Virus record (IMG/VR): IMGVR_UViG_3300034523_000174
Coordinates: 13,608 to 77,607 of that record
Source: a virus
Direction: 5' to 3' (one strand)
Length of the DNA: 64,000 nucleotides
The stretch's first letter is position 1. Each line of letters begins with the position of its first letter. The notes under the pieces were generated by a model that ran no database searches, had not been told where the DNA came from, and saw only the letters and a list, made by a program, of their open reading frames with translations. Below, piece by piece: positions 19,042-28,129 of the stretch. The translations under genes and the position numbers were made by a program.

Positions 19042-19111
19042 GATAGCGCATTAACGCTAAAGCGCCATAGCGTGACAACCCTATTGCGTTATAGCGTGAT
19101 AGCGCTAGAAT
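19042..19111 (+). repeat. 8-bp tandem array (parS/operator-like) over the parA promoter
   Basis: GATAGCGC ATTAACGC TAAAGCGC CATAGCGT GACAACCC TATTGCGT TATAGCGT GATAGCGC; TTGCGT-N16-TAGAAT. Confidence 0.7.
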
Positions 19112-19144
19112 CCGGCCATCATTCAAACGGACGGAGTACAGGGC

Positions 19145-19780
19145 ATGACGGTTATCGCGGTGATGAATCAGAAGGGCGGTGCGGGTAAATCGACGGTCTG
19201 CACCGGCTTGGCGCAAGCGCTTAATCTGGTGGGGCGTGACGTGGTGCTGATCGACTCCGATCCGCAGGGCAGCATGAAGGACTGGACCGAGGCCAATCCC
19301 GATCAGCCGGTAACGATCTATACCATCGAGCGTAATCAGCTGGCGTCACAGATCCCGCGCCTGCCCAATGACATCGTGATTATCGACGGTACAGCGAAGG
19401 CCGCCGACCTCGCCAAAAAGACGATTGCAGTGGCCGATATCATCATTATCCCGGTACAGCCAGCTCCGTTTGATGTGTGGTCTACCGGCGACATGGTGGC
19501 CATGATTCAAGATCGAATGGATGAACTGCGCGGTACTGGCCAGAGCCTGAGAGCATACTTTCTGGTAAATCGCGCAATTGGTAACTCGAAACTGAGCAAG
19601 AGCATTTCCAAGACGCTGGCCGGTTATGGATTCCCGGTATTGAAGTCGCGGCTGGTGTCGCGTACTGCGCACCCGAACGCTCAGATGATCGGGAAAACCC
19701 CGCTTGACACCCAGCCTGGCGGCCTTGCTGCTCGCGAACTGCGGGCGCTTCGTGACGAAGTGCTTACCCTCCTGGCGTAG
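19145..19780 (+). CDS. parA: ParA partition ATPase (type Ib, ParF-like)
   Basis: Deviant Walker A NQKGGAGKST, DSDPQGS, IIDG; short, with no N-terminal HTH. Confidence 0.9.
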   Translation: MTVIAVMNQKGGAGKSTVCTGLAQALNLVGRDVVLIDSDPQGSMKDWTEANPDQPVTIYTIERNQLASQIPRLPNDIVIIDGTAKAADLAKKTIAVADIIIIPVQPAPFDVWSTGDMVAMIQDRMDELRGTGQSLRAYFLVNRAIGNSKLSKSISKTLAGYGFPVLKSRLVSRTAHPNAQMIGKTPLDTQPGGLAARELRALRDEVLTLLA

Positions 19781-19851
19781 TGAATAGACGTTAAGGCGTC
19801 AGATACACTATGATGCGCGAAACGCCGTAACGTTAAACAGGCAGGTGACTT

Positions 19852-20106
19852 ATGAGTGAAATGACAATCAAGACGCGCCCGCGCCCAGTGGATGAAGTCA
19901 TGGCGGACGTGGACGCGGCGGCTGGCCGTACTGGTGCCAAGCCACCAGCGCCTAAAGTGATCAAGCTGGGTGCAAAAGAACGGTTGAACAGCTACGTGAC
20001 GCCCGAGCAGAAGCGTAAGCTGCGCCTGCTGGCTATTGCGAAAGGCTGCTCACTTTCTGAGGTAGTCGGTGTACTGATCGACGAGACTCCTAAGCCGGAA
20101 GTTTAG
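19852..20106 (+). CDS. Small ribbon-helix-helix centromere-binding protein (ParG-like)
   Basis: Disordered N-terminus plus RLNSYVTPEQKRKLRLLA...SLSEVV; follows parA. Confidence 0.7.
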   Translation: MSEMTIKTRPRPVDEVMADVDAAAGRTGAKPPAPKVIKLGAKERLNSYVTPEQKRKLRLLAIAKGCSLSEVVGVLIDETPKPEV

Positions 20107-20124
20107 GGGAAAGGCTTCAAGCCC

Positions 20125-20150
20125 AAGGGCGCCGCGTGGCGCCCTTTTTT
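20125..20150 (+). terminator. Intrinsic terminator of the par operon
   Basis: AAGGGCGCC-GCGT-GGCGCCCTT-TTTT. Confidence 0.8.
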
Positions 20151-20166
20151 GTGCCTGTGATTTGGC

Positions 20167-20207
20167 GCAAACCGCCCGCCGGGAGCGGGGAAAACGGACG
20201 GTATCGT
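20167..20207 (+). promoter_or_regulatory. Putative late promoter
   Basis: GCAAACC at 20167, TATCGT at 20202. Confidence 0.65.
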
Positions 20208-20231
20208 GGCTGCTTTCAGGGAGCGGCTTCT

Positions 20232-23200
20232 ATGACCGACGTTTTTAGCAAACTCCAAAGCGCCGCCCATGCTGGCGCTTTCGGCATGGGTTCTACCGCA
20301 CAGCCCACGCCCGCGCAGATCCGGGCCGGGAACTATGCCAAGGGGACCGTTCGCCTGCATGGCCTGCGCATCACCATCGAAACGCCCATGTTCCAGTCCC
20401 GTCGCGGAAAAGAGGACGGGAAACCGTGGTCGATCACCTGTATGGCGCATTACGGCTATGTGAACGGTACCAGGGGCGCCGACGGGGACGCGGTGGACGT
20501 GTTTGTTGGTCCGGCGCCCGAGAGCCTGCGCGTGTACGTGATCAACCAGAACGGCAAGACCGGCACCTTCGACGAGCACAAGGTAATGCTGGGGTTCATC
20601 GACCATGACCAGGCCTGCACCGCGTACATGAATTCCTATGAAAAGGGATGGACCGGCTTGGGCAGTGTCGCGGCGTGCACCATCAAGCAATTCAAGTATT
20701 GGCTTAAACACGGGGATCTAAGCCGCCCCCTCTCCCCCGACTTACCCAATATCCCAAAAGATGAGGCTTTGAGCATGACTGATGTATTCGCGCGCTGGGG
20801 CGCTGACAACCTCCCTGTAGGTCAGACAGTTGGCGCGTTGCTGTACGAGCTGCGCCGTAGCGATCCGGACGGCCTGATGTTCGACAGCGCCACCATGGCC
20901 GATATCACCGAGAGCCTGGCCGACGACGGCACAATGCTCGATGCCATGGTGATCGAGTACAAACAGTTTGAGCGCAAGGCCGCTCAGCTGCTCAAGGTGA
21001 TGCAGAACGTAGGCGGTGAAGTCCAGGCGGCCACCGTGGAAGTGAGTAAGCCATTCAAGAACAAGGGCACCACTCAAGTGGCCATGTTGTTCGGTATGAG
21101 CGACGGCCAGAGTGTGTCGGTGTTCTTTCACAACCCGGACAGCACGCCCAACAAACTCATGCCAGCCGACGAACTGATCAGTTGGAAGTGGGTACAGAAC
21201 AAGAAGGACATCACCGCTGTGGTGGCGCCTGAAAGCGGCCAGGATCTAAACCCGCGCATTGTCGCCCGCCGCATCATGTCGCTGATCCAGAAGAACAGCG
21301 CCAAGTTCATCAAGGCGAACGAAGGCAAGGCCGCCCGTACCGCTGCGCTCGATGAGCAAAAGGCGCTGGTAGAAAGCAAAACCGCCGAACTGGCTGCACT
21401 GGATACGCAAATCAGCGAGCTGACTGCCCAGCTTGAGGCGCAGAAGGCTGAGCTGGCGACAACGATCACCCCTGAGCCTGTGAATGAGCCCGAGGCTGAG
21501 GCTGCAATCGCCAATGCCGACGCATCGAATGCCAGCTACATGGCCAGCACCCTGGCGAAAATCCCGGCAATCAAGGCCGAGATTGAGGCGCTTGGCGGTG
21601 TACCGATGACCGAAGCCGAGTTTATGGACCGTGTAAACGCGGGCACCAACCAGGGCTTTAGCGTGGCCGAGCTGCAATCGAAGCTGGCAGACGCCAAGGC
21701 GCAACTGGCAGGAATCCAATCGGGTAGCGTTAAGCCGCGCACCATCGTGGGCAAGGGCGGTACTAAGAAAGGCGCTACGGCCTGGCTGAATAACATGATT
21801 GCCGAGGTAGAGACGGCGCTGGCGAATGACGGCTTCATGTACACCGTGAACGTGAGCAACTACGCCTATAACCTGAATGCTCAACTGCGCGAATTGAAGG
21901 CGAAGGCTGCCGATCCTGTAGCACCTGTGAGCACCGCCAGCATCCTCCTGGAGGACTACGCCGACGTTGCAGCGCTGGGGTCGGCCACCGTACTCAGCGT
22001 GGGCTCTGAAAACGTCTACTTCGACAAGGACGGCAAGCAGTACATGACGAAATTGCTCAACACTGACGACTATGAGCCGAAAGTGGGTGAGGTGGTCGAC
22101 CTGTCGGGCGTTGTCGATCCGTACACCGCTCCCGCCTCTAAGCTGTCTTTCACGGAATGGGAAGGCAAGGTGTTAGAGGCGCTGGCGGAACTGATGGAAG
22201 TCAGCACCGGGGATGCCGACGCCATTGCCATGGGCCAGACCACCCTAGTGAAACAGCTCTACGCCGACGGTGTAGCGCCGGCTGAGGCTGCCAATGCCGT
22301 CAAAGCCGCCGCGACCGCAGCGCCCGAGACGCCAGAAGAAGAGGCTATGTTGGCTGCCCACTTGGCAGAACGGGCCGAAGCCGCAGCCCAGGCCGCTGCT
22401 GGCGGCGTAAACGTGGACGATATGAAAGCCGTGATGACAGAGAATGTCGTGATCGATGTTCCGGCCGGCTGGCTTGTGATGAATGCACCGCGCCCGCTGG
22501 TTGGGCAAAAGACCGTCGAAAATGGCGAGTTCCTGACGGGCCGCTTCTACGGTGCCGTTGATCCGTCCGACACCTACGCCGCCAGCACTATCGAAACCAA
22601 TCGCAAGTTGGACGCTGCCATTGTGATGCAGGGCATTGACCGGGCCACACAAATGGCAATGGCGATGGTCGGCAACAAGTACCGCGATGATTACCTTGCC
22701 ATGCCCGAGGCCGAGCGTTACCAGGCTCTGAGCCCTAAGATCAAGAAACTGTACGGCAAGCCATATGGCGAACTGAAAGCGCTTCTAGAGCAAGCCAAGG
22801 CCGAACCGGCGCCAGCGGCTGTATCTGCCGAAGACGAAGACACTGGCACTATCGAAGCCGAAGGCCGCGACAACGCCGTCAAAACCGCCAAGGGCACCAA
22901 GGTCGTGACCGGCTTCAAGGTGATCGAGGCGAAGAACCTGATCATCAGCCACGAAACGGACGGCACGGTAAACCCGGAATACCCGCCCGAGATTCAGCCG
23001 CGTGACCGTGCACGTACCACTTCTCAGGCATGGGTGCAGAAAACCGCCCGCAACCTTGATCCGGATAGCCTGGGACGCACCCAGCGCGCCGACAGTGGCG
23101 CGCCTATCGTTGGCGCTGACCGTGTGGTCGAGTCGGGCAACGGCCGCGCCATGGCGATCCGTGAGGCCTACCGTATCGGCCAGGCGGATGAATACCGCGA

Positions 23201-24350
23201 ATGGCTGGTGGAAAACGCGGAGTACTTCGGCGTCGACGTGGCCAAGATCCAGCGCATGAAAGCCCCGGTGCTGGTGCGAGTGCGTAAAACCGCCATCAAC
23301 CGCGTGGAGTTCGCTGTGGAGGCGAACCAGGACGATAAGCTGGCGATGACTGCCACCGAGAAAGCCCGCAGCGATGCCAAGCGCCTGGACACCGCCATGC
23401 TGGCCAAGCTGGCAGACGGCGACCTCAACAGCGCGGCAAACCGTGACTTTGTGGCGGCCTTCCTGCAATCGCTGGGTGATGCCGAGGCGGCGCAGTACCT
23501 GACCACCGACGGTAAGCCTACGTCCGGCCTTATCAGTCGCCTACAGGCCGCGCTGTTTGCTGGCGCCTACTCCGATGACCGTTTGCTGGAAATGACGGCG
23601 GACCAGGCCAAGCCTGAGATTGCCAACATCGTTTCGGCCTTGAACAGCGCAGCGCCTGACTTCATGCGGGCCAAGGAACAGGACCGGATCGGCGCCGAGC
23701 AAGCGGGTGAGCAGGTAACTGACTCCCTGGAGCTGTCGCTTAACCAGGAGGCGGTAAACGCCATCATTGGCGCGACCAACGTGCTGCGCCAGGCAAAAGA
23801 GGCTGGCATGGGCCTGGACGAGTTCCTGCGCCAAGGGGACATGTTCGGCGGCACGGATCCGGCTGTAGCGGCCATGGCTGTGTTTATCAGCGCCAACAAC
23901 CGCAGCGCTAAGCGCATGAGCACCGCATTCAAGGCCATGGCGCAGTTCGTCGAGAGCGAGAACATCCGCAAGCAGACCGCCGGCCTGTTTGGTGATGAGC
24001 CTGCCAGCTTTACCGACATCGTAGGCGCGGCCAACCGCAAGCTTGAGCAAGAGTATGGCGAGGGTCTGTTTGCCATCGACCAGGGCGACATGTTCAGCCA
24101 GCCAGCGCCGGCCGCACCACCGGTGCCAGAGCCAGAAGGCCCAAGCGAAGACGATGCCCTGCAAGCGGCCAAGTCCTACCTGGATAGCATCATTGGCGGC
24201 ACCACTGACCTGGGTAGCCCTGGCGACGTGCTCAAGGAGCTTGAGCGGATCTATGCAGCCTACGGCGAGGACAAGTTGAGCGAGCTGTTTGTAGAAGCCT
24301 CGGACGCCTTCCGGGACTACGCGCTCAAGGCTACCGCTGGCGCGTTCTAA
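20232..24350 (+). CDS. Large polyvalent DarA-like protein: InPase domain + DarA_N + coiled coil + DdrB-like ParB domain
   Basis: PT.AQ..AGNY.KG...HYGY...GADGD.VDVF...FDEHKVMLGF (InPase); FFHNPD...SWKW..NKKDITAVVAPE (DarA_N); NPEYP.EIQPRDR...GAPIV...VESGNGR (DdrB-ParB). Confidence 0.8.
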   Translation: MTDVFSKLQSAAHAGAFGMGSTAQPTPAQIRAGNYAKGTVRLHGLRITIETPMFQSRRGKEDGKPWSITCMAHYGYVNGTRGADGDAVDVFVGPAPESLRVYVINQNGKTGTFDEHKVMLGFIDHDQACTAYMNSYEKGWTGLGSVAACTIKQFKYWLKHGDLSRPLSPDLPNIPKDEALSMTDVFARWGADNLPVGQTVGALLYELRRSDPDGLMFDSATMADITESLADDGTMLDAMVIEYKQFERKAAQLLKVMQNVGGEVQAATVEVSKPFKNKGTTQVAMLFGMSDGQSVSVFFHNPDSTPNKLMPADELISWKWVQNKKDITAVVAPESGQDLNPRIVARRIMSLIQKNSAKFIKANEGKAARTAALDEQKALVESKTAELAALDTQISELTAQLEAQKAELATTITPEPVNEPEAEAAIANADASNASYMASTLAKIPAIKAEIEALGGVPMTEAEFMDRVNAGTNQGFSVAELQSKLADAKAQLAGIQSGSVKPRTIVGKGGTKKGATAWLNNMIAEVETALANDGFMYTVNVSNYAYNLNAQLRELKAKAADPVAPVSTASILLEDYADVAALGSATVLSVGSENVYFDKDGKQYMTKLLNTDDYEPKVGEVVDLSGVVDPYTAPASKLSFTEWEGKVLEALAELMEVSTGDADAIAMGQTTLVKQLYADGVAPAEAANAVKAAATAAPETPEEEAMLAAHLAERAEAAAQAAAGGVNVDDMKAVMTENVVIDVPAGWLVMNAPRPLVGQKTVENGEFLTGRFYGAVDPSDTYAASTIETNRKLDAAIVMQGIDRATQMAMAMVGNKYRDDYLAMPEAERYQALSPKIKKLYGKPYGELKALLEQAKAEPAPAAVSAEDEDTGTIEAEGRDNAVKTAKGTKVVTGFKVIEAKNLIISHETDGTVNPEYPPEIQPRDRARTTSQAWVQKTARNLDPDSLGRTQRADSGAPIVGADRVVESGNGRAMAIREAYRIGQADEYREWLVENAEYFGVDVAKIQRMKAPVLVRVRKTAINRVEFAVEANQDDKLAMTATEKARSDAKRLDTAMLAKLADGDLNSAANRDFVAAFLQSLGDAEAAQYLTTDGKPTSGLISRLQAALFAGAYSDDRLLEMTADQAKPEIANIVSALNSAAPDFMRAKEQDRIGAEQAGEQVTDSLELSLNQEAVNAIIGATNVLRQAKEAGMGLDEFLRQGDMFGGTDPAVAAMAVFISANNRSAKRMSTAFKAMAQFVESENIRKQTAGLFGDEPASFTDIVGAANRKLEQEYGEGLFAIDQGDMFSQPAPAAPPVPEPEGPSEDDALQAAKSYLDSIIGGTTDLGSPGDVLKELERIYAAYGEDKLSELFVEASDAFRDYALKATAGAF

Positions 24351-24369
24351 CCCTTAACCCACTGACCAT

Positions 24370-24394
24370 AAGCCCGCCGTGTGCGGGCTTTTTT
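24370..24394 (+). terminator. Intrinsic terminator
   Basis: AAGCCCGC-cgtgt-GCGGGCTT-TTTT. Confidence 0.8.
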
Positions 24395-24411
24395 GTGGGT
24401 GTGCGGCGTGT

Positions 24412-24490
24412 ATTGGCGCTATAGCGCTTTAACTTATTTGAGTTAAAGCGTTAAAACGTTGTTGACCAATAGGCACGAAGTGCCTATTAT
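24412..24490 (+). promoter_or_regulatory. Octamer array followed by a sigma70 promoter with a KorC-like operator
   Basis: Six 8-mers at 24412-24459; TTGACC-N17-TATTAT; perfect IR AATAGGCAC-GAA-GTGCCTATT at 24468-24488. Confidence 0.75.
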
Positions 24491-24539
24491 CGCCCTAAGC
24501 CGAACGAAACGGCGCCAACCAAACACGGAGCACGAAGAC

Positions 24540-25016
24540 ATGACCAAGACCATGAACCTTGACCAGCTGATTGGCGCCGCCTACGTGACCAAAGACTTCA
24601 CCTGCCTGAATGACTACACCCTGCTGGATTGCATCTGCCGTATCGAAACCTTGGGCCGCAACATGCCGGAAAACATGCTGGTGAGCTTCCAGGCCGAAGC
24701 CGACAAGCGCGGTCTGCGCGCCGAGCTGATTCTGTCGGACCTGGACGCGCCAGTAACTGCCGCCCCGGTTATCACCCGCACAGCGAAGAAGCTGACCGTC
24801 ACCCTGGCGAACGGTGACAAGGCCAGTCGCGCCACCTCCAACACGTACCAGTCTGTAGTGGTCGGCTACAACGCCAGCGGCAAGTTGGTCGTTCTGTCTG
24901 CCCACTGGCTGGCGGCTGATGCGCTCAAGGCTGTCGACACCTTCAAGGCCGGAAAGTTTGTGAACTTCAACTACCGCGACAAGCTGGTTGGCGCCCCGAT
25001 CATCGTAAGCGCCTGA
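24540..25016 (+). CDS. Hypothetical protein
   Basis: GGAG SD; first gene after the promoter. Confidence 0.7.
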   Translation: MTKTMNLDQLIGAAYVTKDFTCLNDYTLLDCICRIETLGRNMPENMLVSFQAEADKRGLRAELILSDLDAPVTAAPVITRTAKKLTVTLANGDKASRATSNTYQSVVVGYNASGKLVVLSAHWLAADALKAVDTFKAGKFVNFNYRDKLVGAPIIVSA

Positions 25017-25059
25017 TCAAGCCAGCCCGGAGCGATCCGGGCACCACTGGAGCAAAGAC

Positions 25060-25353
25060 ATGGCAACTTTCATCACCTGTAAGCGCTGCGAAGGCAAAGG
25101 CCGTTTGGCCCACTTCGGCCACGTCGATAACGGCGTGTGCTTGAAATGCCGTGGTACTGGCCAGGTAATGAAAATGCGTAATGTCGTTACTTTCGAAACC
25201 CATTACCACGCTGTTACAGACAACGGCGCCCGCGTGCTGTGTGACGCCGACAAAGCCAAAGCTGAAATGCTGCTTGCTGCATGGGCTGAAATGAACTGCC
25301 CAGGCACCCTGGAAACTCGCGAAGTAAAGAAAACCGAGCGTGTGCCAGCCTAA
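25060..25353 (+). CDS. CxxCxGxG zinc-finger protein
   Basis: CKRCEGKG and CLKCRGTG. Confidence 0.7.
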   Translation: MATFITCKRCEGKGRLAHFGHVDNGVCLKCRGTGQVMKMRNVVTFETHYHAVTDNGARVLCDADKAKAEMLLAAWAEMNCPGTLETREVKKTERVPA

Positions 25354-25395
25354 TCAATCCCGCCCGGTTCGCCGGGCACATCCGAGGGGGAAATA

Positions 25396-25563
25396 ATGAA
25401 TTTCGTTTATGTGGGAGGCCCAAAGCTCGATCCGGACGACGATGAGGATTATTGGCATGAGTGCCACGCCTGCGGCCGCCACAACACCTCAGATGATTAC
25501 AGGGGGAATGACGGCGACTGTCGCTGTGGTGCTGCATACCGGAAAGAAGAACAAGCCTCTTAA
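25396..25563 (+). CDS. 55-aa Cys-rich protein (not in ORF track)
   Basis: GAGGGGG SD; MNFVYVGGPKLDPDDDEDYWHECHACGRH...CRCG. Confidence 0.55.
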   Translation: MNFVYVGGPKLDPDDDEDYWHECHACGRHNTSDDYRGNDGDCRCGAAYRKEEQAS

Positions 25564-25600
25564 TTGAGGCTTTGCCGGTACCAACAAAGGGAAAAGCCCA

Positions 25601-25849
25601 ATGAGTTTTAAACACCTTCTCGGCGCCAAGCCAGATCCGACTCTGCATAACCCCGATGCGGCCTACATACGCAGCCTTGTCGATGCGTGCGGCCTTACTC
25701 AGGCGCAGGCGGCCGAGGCTATCGATATCAGTGAGCGGGCCATGCGCTACTACCTGAGCACCACTACAGCAACCTTTCGGCCAGCCCCTTACGCCGTCCA
25801 GTTCACACTTGAGCAGTTGGCCGCCCACATGGATGCGGTGAAGCAATGA
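25601..25849 (+). CDS. KorC/ArdK-like HTH repressor
   Basis: YIRSLVDACGLTQAQAAEAIDISERAMRYY...PYA. Confidence 0.7.
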   Translation: MSFKHLLGAKPDPTLHNPDAAYIRSLVDACGLTQAQAAEAIDISERAMRYYLSTTTATFRPAPYAVQFTLEQLAAHMDAVKQ

Positions 25850-26202
25850 CGCGCGATCCCTTCAAGCACCACTACCGGCTCAAGCGCCCGTGTGCAAACT
25901 GTCCGTTTCTCAAGGTCGGCGCCATCGAACTGCAACCGGGGCGCCTGGACGGGATCGTCTCGGATCTGCTGGAGAGCGATCAAGGCACGTTCCAATGCCA
26001 TAAGACGGTTCATTGCGCCCGTGGGGGCGAGTGGGGCGGCGAGGACAACTATCAGCCGTCGGGGCATGAGGCAATGTGTGCCGGCGCCGCCGCGCTACTG
26101 ATGAAGCGGGGGCGGCCGACGGTAAGCATGCGGTTCGCCTTTGTCACTGGAGCCGCAAGCCCCAGCGACTGGGATGCAGTACAACCACTGGTAATTGACT
26201 GA
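25846..26202 (+). CDS. Cys-rich conserved phage protein
   Basis: PCANCPF...FQCHKT...CAG. Confidence 0.65.
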   Translation: MTRDPFKHHYRLKRPCANCPFLKVGAIELQPGRLDGIVSDLLESDQGTFQCHKTVHCARGGEWGGEDNYQPSGHEAMCAGAAALLMKRGRPTVSMRFAFVTGAASPSDWDAVQPLVID

Positions 26203-26217
26203 GGAAGCCCATAACCA

Positions 26218-26496
26218 ATGATCGTAGATATTAGATTTCAGAAAGAAACTACCTTGATCGTTTTCAAGGGCAAAGACTTTACTTCCCATGATGACATCTT
26301 GACGATTGCCAGCAGCCTCGCCGCAGGTGGCTATTGCTTTGAGGCTGGGACTTTGCTTAGCCCATCGTTCGGCCAGTTCGTTGATGGTGTTAAGCCGCGA
26401 AGTGAGTACGGCGTACTTGTTGGGCGCGATGCCGAGGGTAAGCCATTTGTTCGTTGGGGCAAGATGGAAAAATCGCCAGCCGGGCTACCGATTTAA
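26218..26496 (+). CDS. Hypothetical protein
   Basis: ORF in operon with GAGG SD. Confidence 0.5.
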   Translation: MIVDIRFQKETTLIVFKGKDFTSHDDILTIASSLAAGGYCFEAGTLLSPSFGQFVDGVKPRSEYGVLVGRDAEGKPFVRWGKMEKSPAGLPI

Positions 26497-26538
26497 TGAA
26501 CCTGTAAACAATCCGCACACAAGAAAGGAGCCCCCGCC

Positions 26539-26778
26539 ATGACCGAGCTGTGCACAGTAGATAGGCTGTATCAGGGTGATACCGTGGCGCGGCTGATGGA
26601 GTTGGCCGAGAACCCCAACGAAAAGCTAGCGCAACGGCTGGATGCCCTCACGGCACTGGGGATGTGGCCCCCGTCGCTGAGAATTCGTGATTTCCTGATG
26701 CGCTTCAAGAATAACCCGGAATGGGAGGCACCATTGCGCGAGGTCGCTACGGCGGCCCTGGTGCGAAGCTTCGAATAA
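26539..26778 (+). CDS. Hypothetical protein
   Basis: AAGGAG SD. Confidence 0.6.
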   Translation: MTELCTVDRLYQGDTVARLMELAENPNEKLAQRLDALTALGMWPPSLRIRDFLMRFKNNPEWEAPLREVATAALVRSFE

Positions 26779-26849
26779 TTCATACAAAGAAACCCCGGCC
26801 GGGCCAGAGTGGAGCGGCCAACGCAAACCAAACCGCCAGAGATAAACGT

Positions 26850-27323
26850 ATGACAAAGACACTTATGGAAGCCCCACGGCTTGAATCCACGCCTTGCGCG
26901 CACTGTACCGCCACTGGGCTGCGCGCTGGTGTCGATTGCCCCCGCTGTCACGGCAACGGATCGTTCCTTACCAAGCGCGGCCAGGCAGCGCGCGCCTACA
27001 TGCGCACACTGCTGGAAAAGCCAGCCAAAGAGGTAGCCGTGGGGGATGTCGCATGGTTTCCGGTTGGGGGTGTGAAGGTTGCGGCCGCCGTGCTTCGGGT
27101 TGAGCTGGATGTCGGCCCTACCCTGCGCGTTCGACTGCACGGCAAACGCCGCAAGACTGGCGAAGACATTGCCTTTACCGTAGCAACGCATGGCGCTGTG
27201 GATCTGGCGTTTACACCGCTGGAACTGGAAGCTATCCGGGCGAAGGTCGAGGCGTATCAGGCCACGCTGACAATGAAAGGCCTCGCTTCCAAGCGCCCGC
27301 GCATGCTCAAGCGCGCCGCGTAA
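26850..27323 (+). CDS. CxxC zinc-finger protein
   Basis: CAHC...CPRCHGNG; preceded by CGCCAGAGATAA. Confidence 0.65.
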   Translation: MTKTLMEAPRLESTPCAHCTATGLRAGVDCPRCHGNGSFLTKRGQAARAYMRTLLEKPAKEVAVGDVAWFPVGGVKVAAAVLRVELDVGPTLRVRLHGKRRKTGEDIAFTVATHGAVDLAFTPLELEAIRAKVEAYQATLTMKGLASKRPRMLKRAA

Positions 27324-27370
27324 ATGACGCAAAGGCGCCAAAGCGGCAAAGCGTTTTAGTGTCTTAGAGT
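27323..27370 (+). repeat. Octamer array overlapping a variant late promoter
   Basis: AATGACGC AAAGGCGC CAAAGCGG CAAAGCGT TTTAGTGT CTTAGAGT; GCAAAGG at 27329. Confidence 0.6.
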
Positions 27371-27416
27371 TAGCCCTACGGCCATTCGGGCCGACCGGAC
27401 ATTAAGGACGTAGGGC

Positions 27417-28073
27417 ATGAGCGAAGTATTAGCGGTGCGTGGTAGTGATCAGGTAATGCGCGAGCTGGCGCAGACGAAAGCATCCGTGATCGAAGCTAAG
27501 CGGGTGCTGATCGTCGGCGCTGGCGCTCTCCCTAAGCTGCTGGGGGAGTTGAACGATAGCCTGGCCGAGCTGGGCTATGTGTGCGTGCCGCTTGAGCCCG
27601 CGCAAGGCCTGTACAAGACATTTGCGGATCTGCTGGCGTGTCCTTCGCTGGCGCCGCTGCTGGCGGTTGAGGCCGACACCCCGGCGCTGGGGATCGATCC
27701 ACCGGCGGATTACGCGCCCCAGCTGATCAATAATGTCACCGCGCGCCCTGAGCCCCTTCCTGTGGATCCTGAGCACGCCGATCCCGAGCCGGAGCCTACT
27801 GTGGTCGACGTGTCGGGCCTGGATATGGGCAAGCCAATCAACTGGAAGTTGGGGGATGTGTTTATCTCCAATCCCCGTATCACGCTACCGCACAAGAGCC
27901 GCAAGTGGATTCTCGACTCGCTGGATATTTCCGATCTGGAAAACCTGAGCGGGATCGACGTTCAAATCAGAAGCCCGAACACGACGACTACCGAGCTGCT
28001 GACGCTCAAGCAATTTATGGCTCAGTACGTGTTCCATAAGCGCCCTGCCGCAGAGCAAAGCGCCGCCGAGTAA
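27417..28073 (+). CDS. Hypothetical protein, possible Dar accessory factor
   Basis: 218 aa directly upstream of the LPD1 and MTase genes. Confidence 0.6.
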   Translation: MSEVLAVRGSDQVMRELAQTKASVIEAKRVLIVGAGALPKLLGELNDSLAELGYVCVPLEPAQGLYKTFADLLACPSLAPLLAVEADTPALGIDPPADYAPQLINNVTARPEPLPVDPEHADPEPEPTVVDVSGLDMGKPINWKLGDVFISNPRITLPHKSRKWILDSLDISDLENLSGIDVQIRSPNTTTTELLTLKQFMAQYVFHKRPAAEQSAAE

Positions 28074-28095
28074 CCCCGTTTCGACGCCTCAAAAT
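28055..28095 (+). promoter_or_regulatory. Putative late promoter
   Basis: GCAAAGC at 28055, CAAAAT at 28090. Confidence 0.6.
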
Positions 28096-28129
28096 ATGGG
28101 CTTGCATACCACTATGTAGGCCCATATCC

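Noticed and set aside
20136-20231. GTG start at 20136 for the DarA-like gene
   Set aside because: Lies inside the par terminator and upstream of the late promoter; ATG 20232 has a GGGAG SD.
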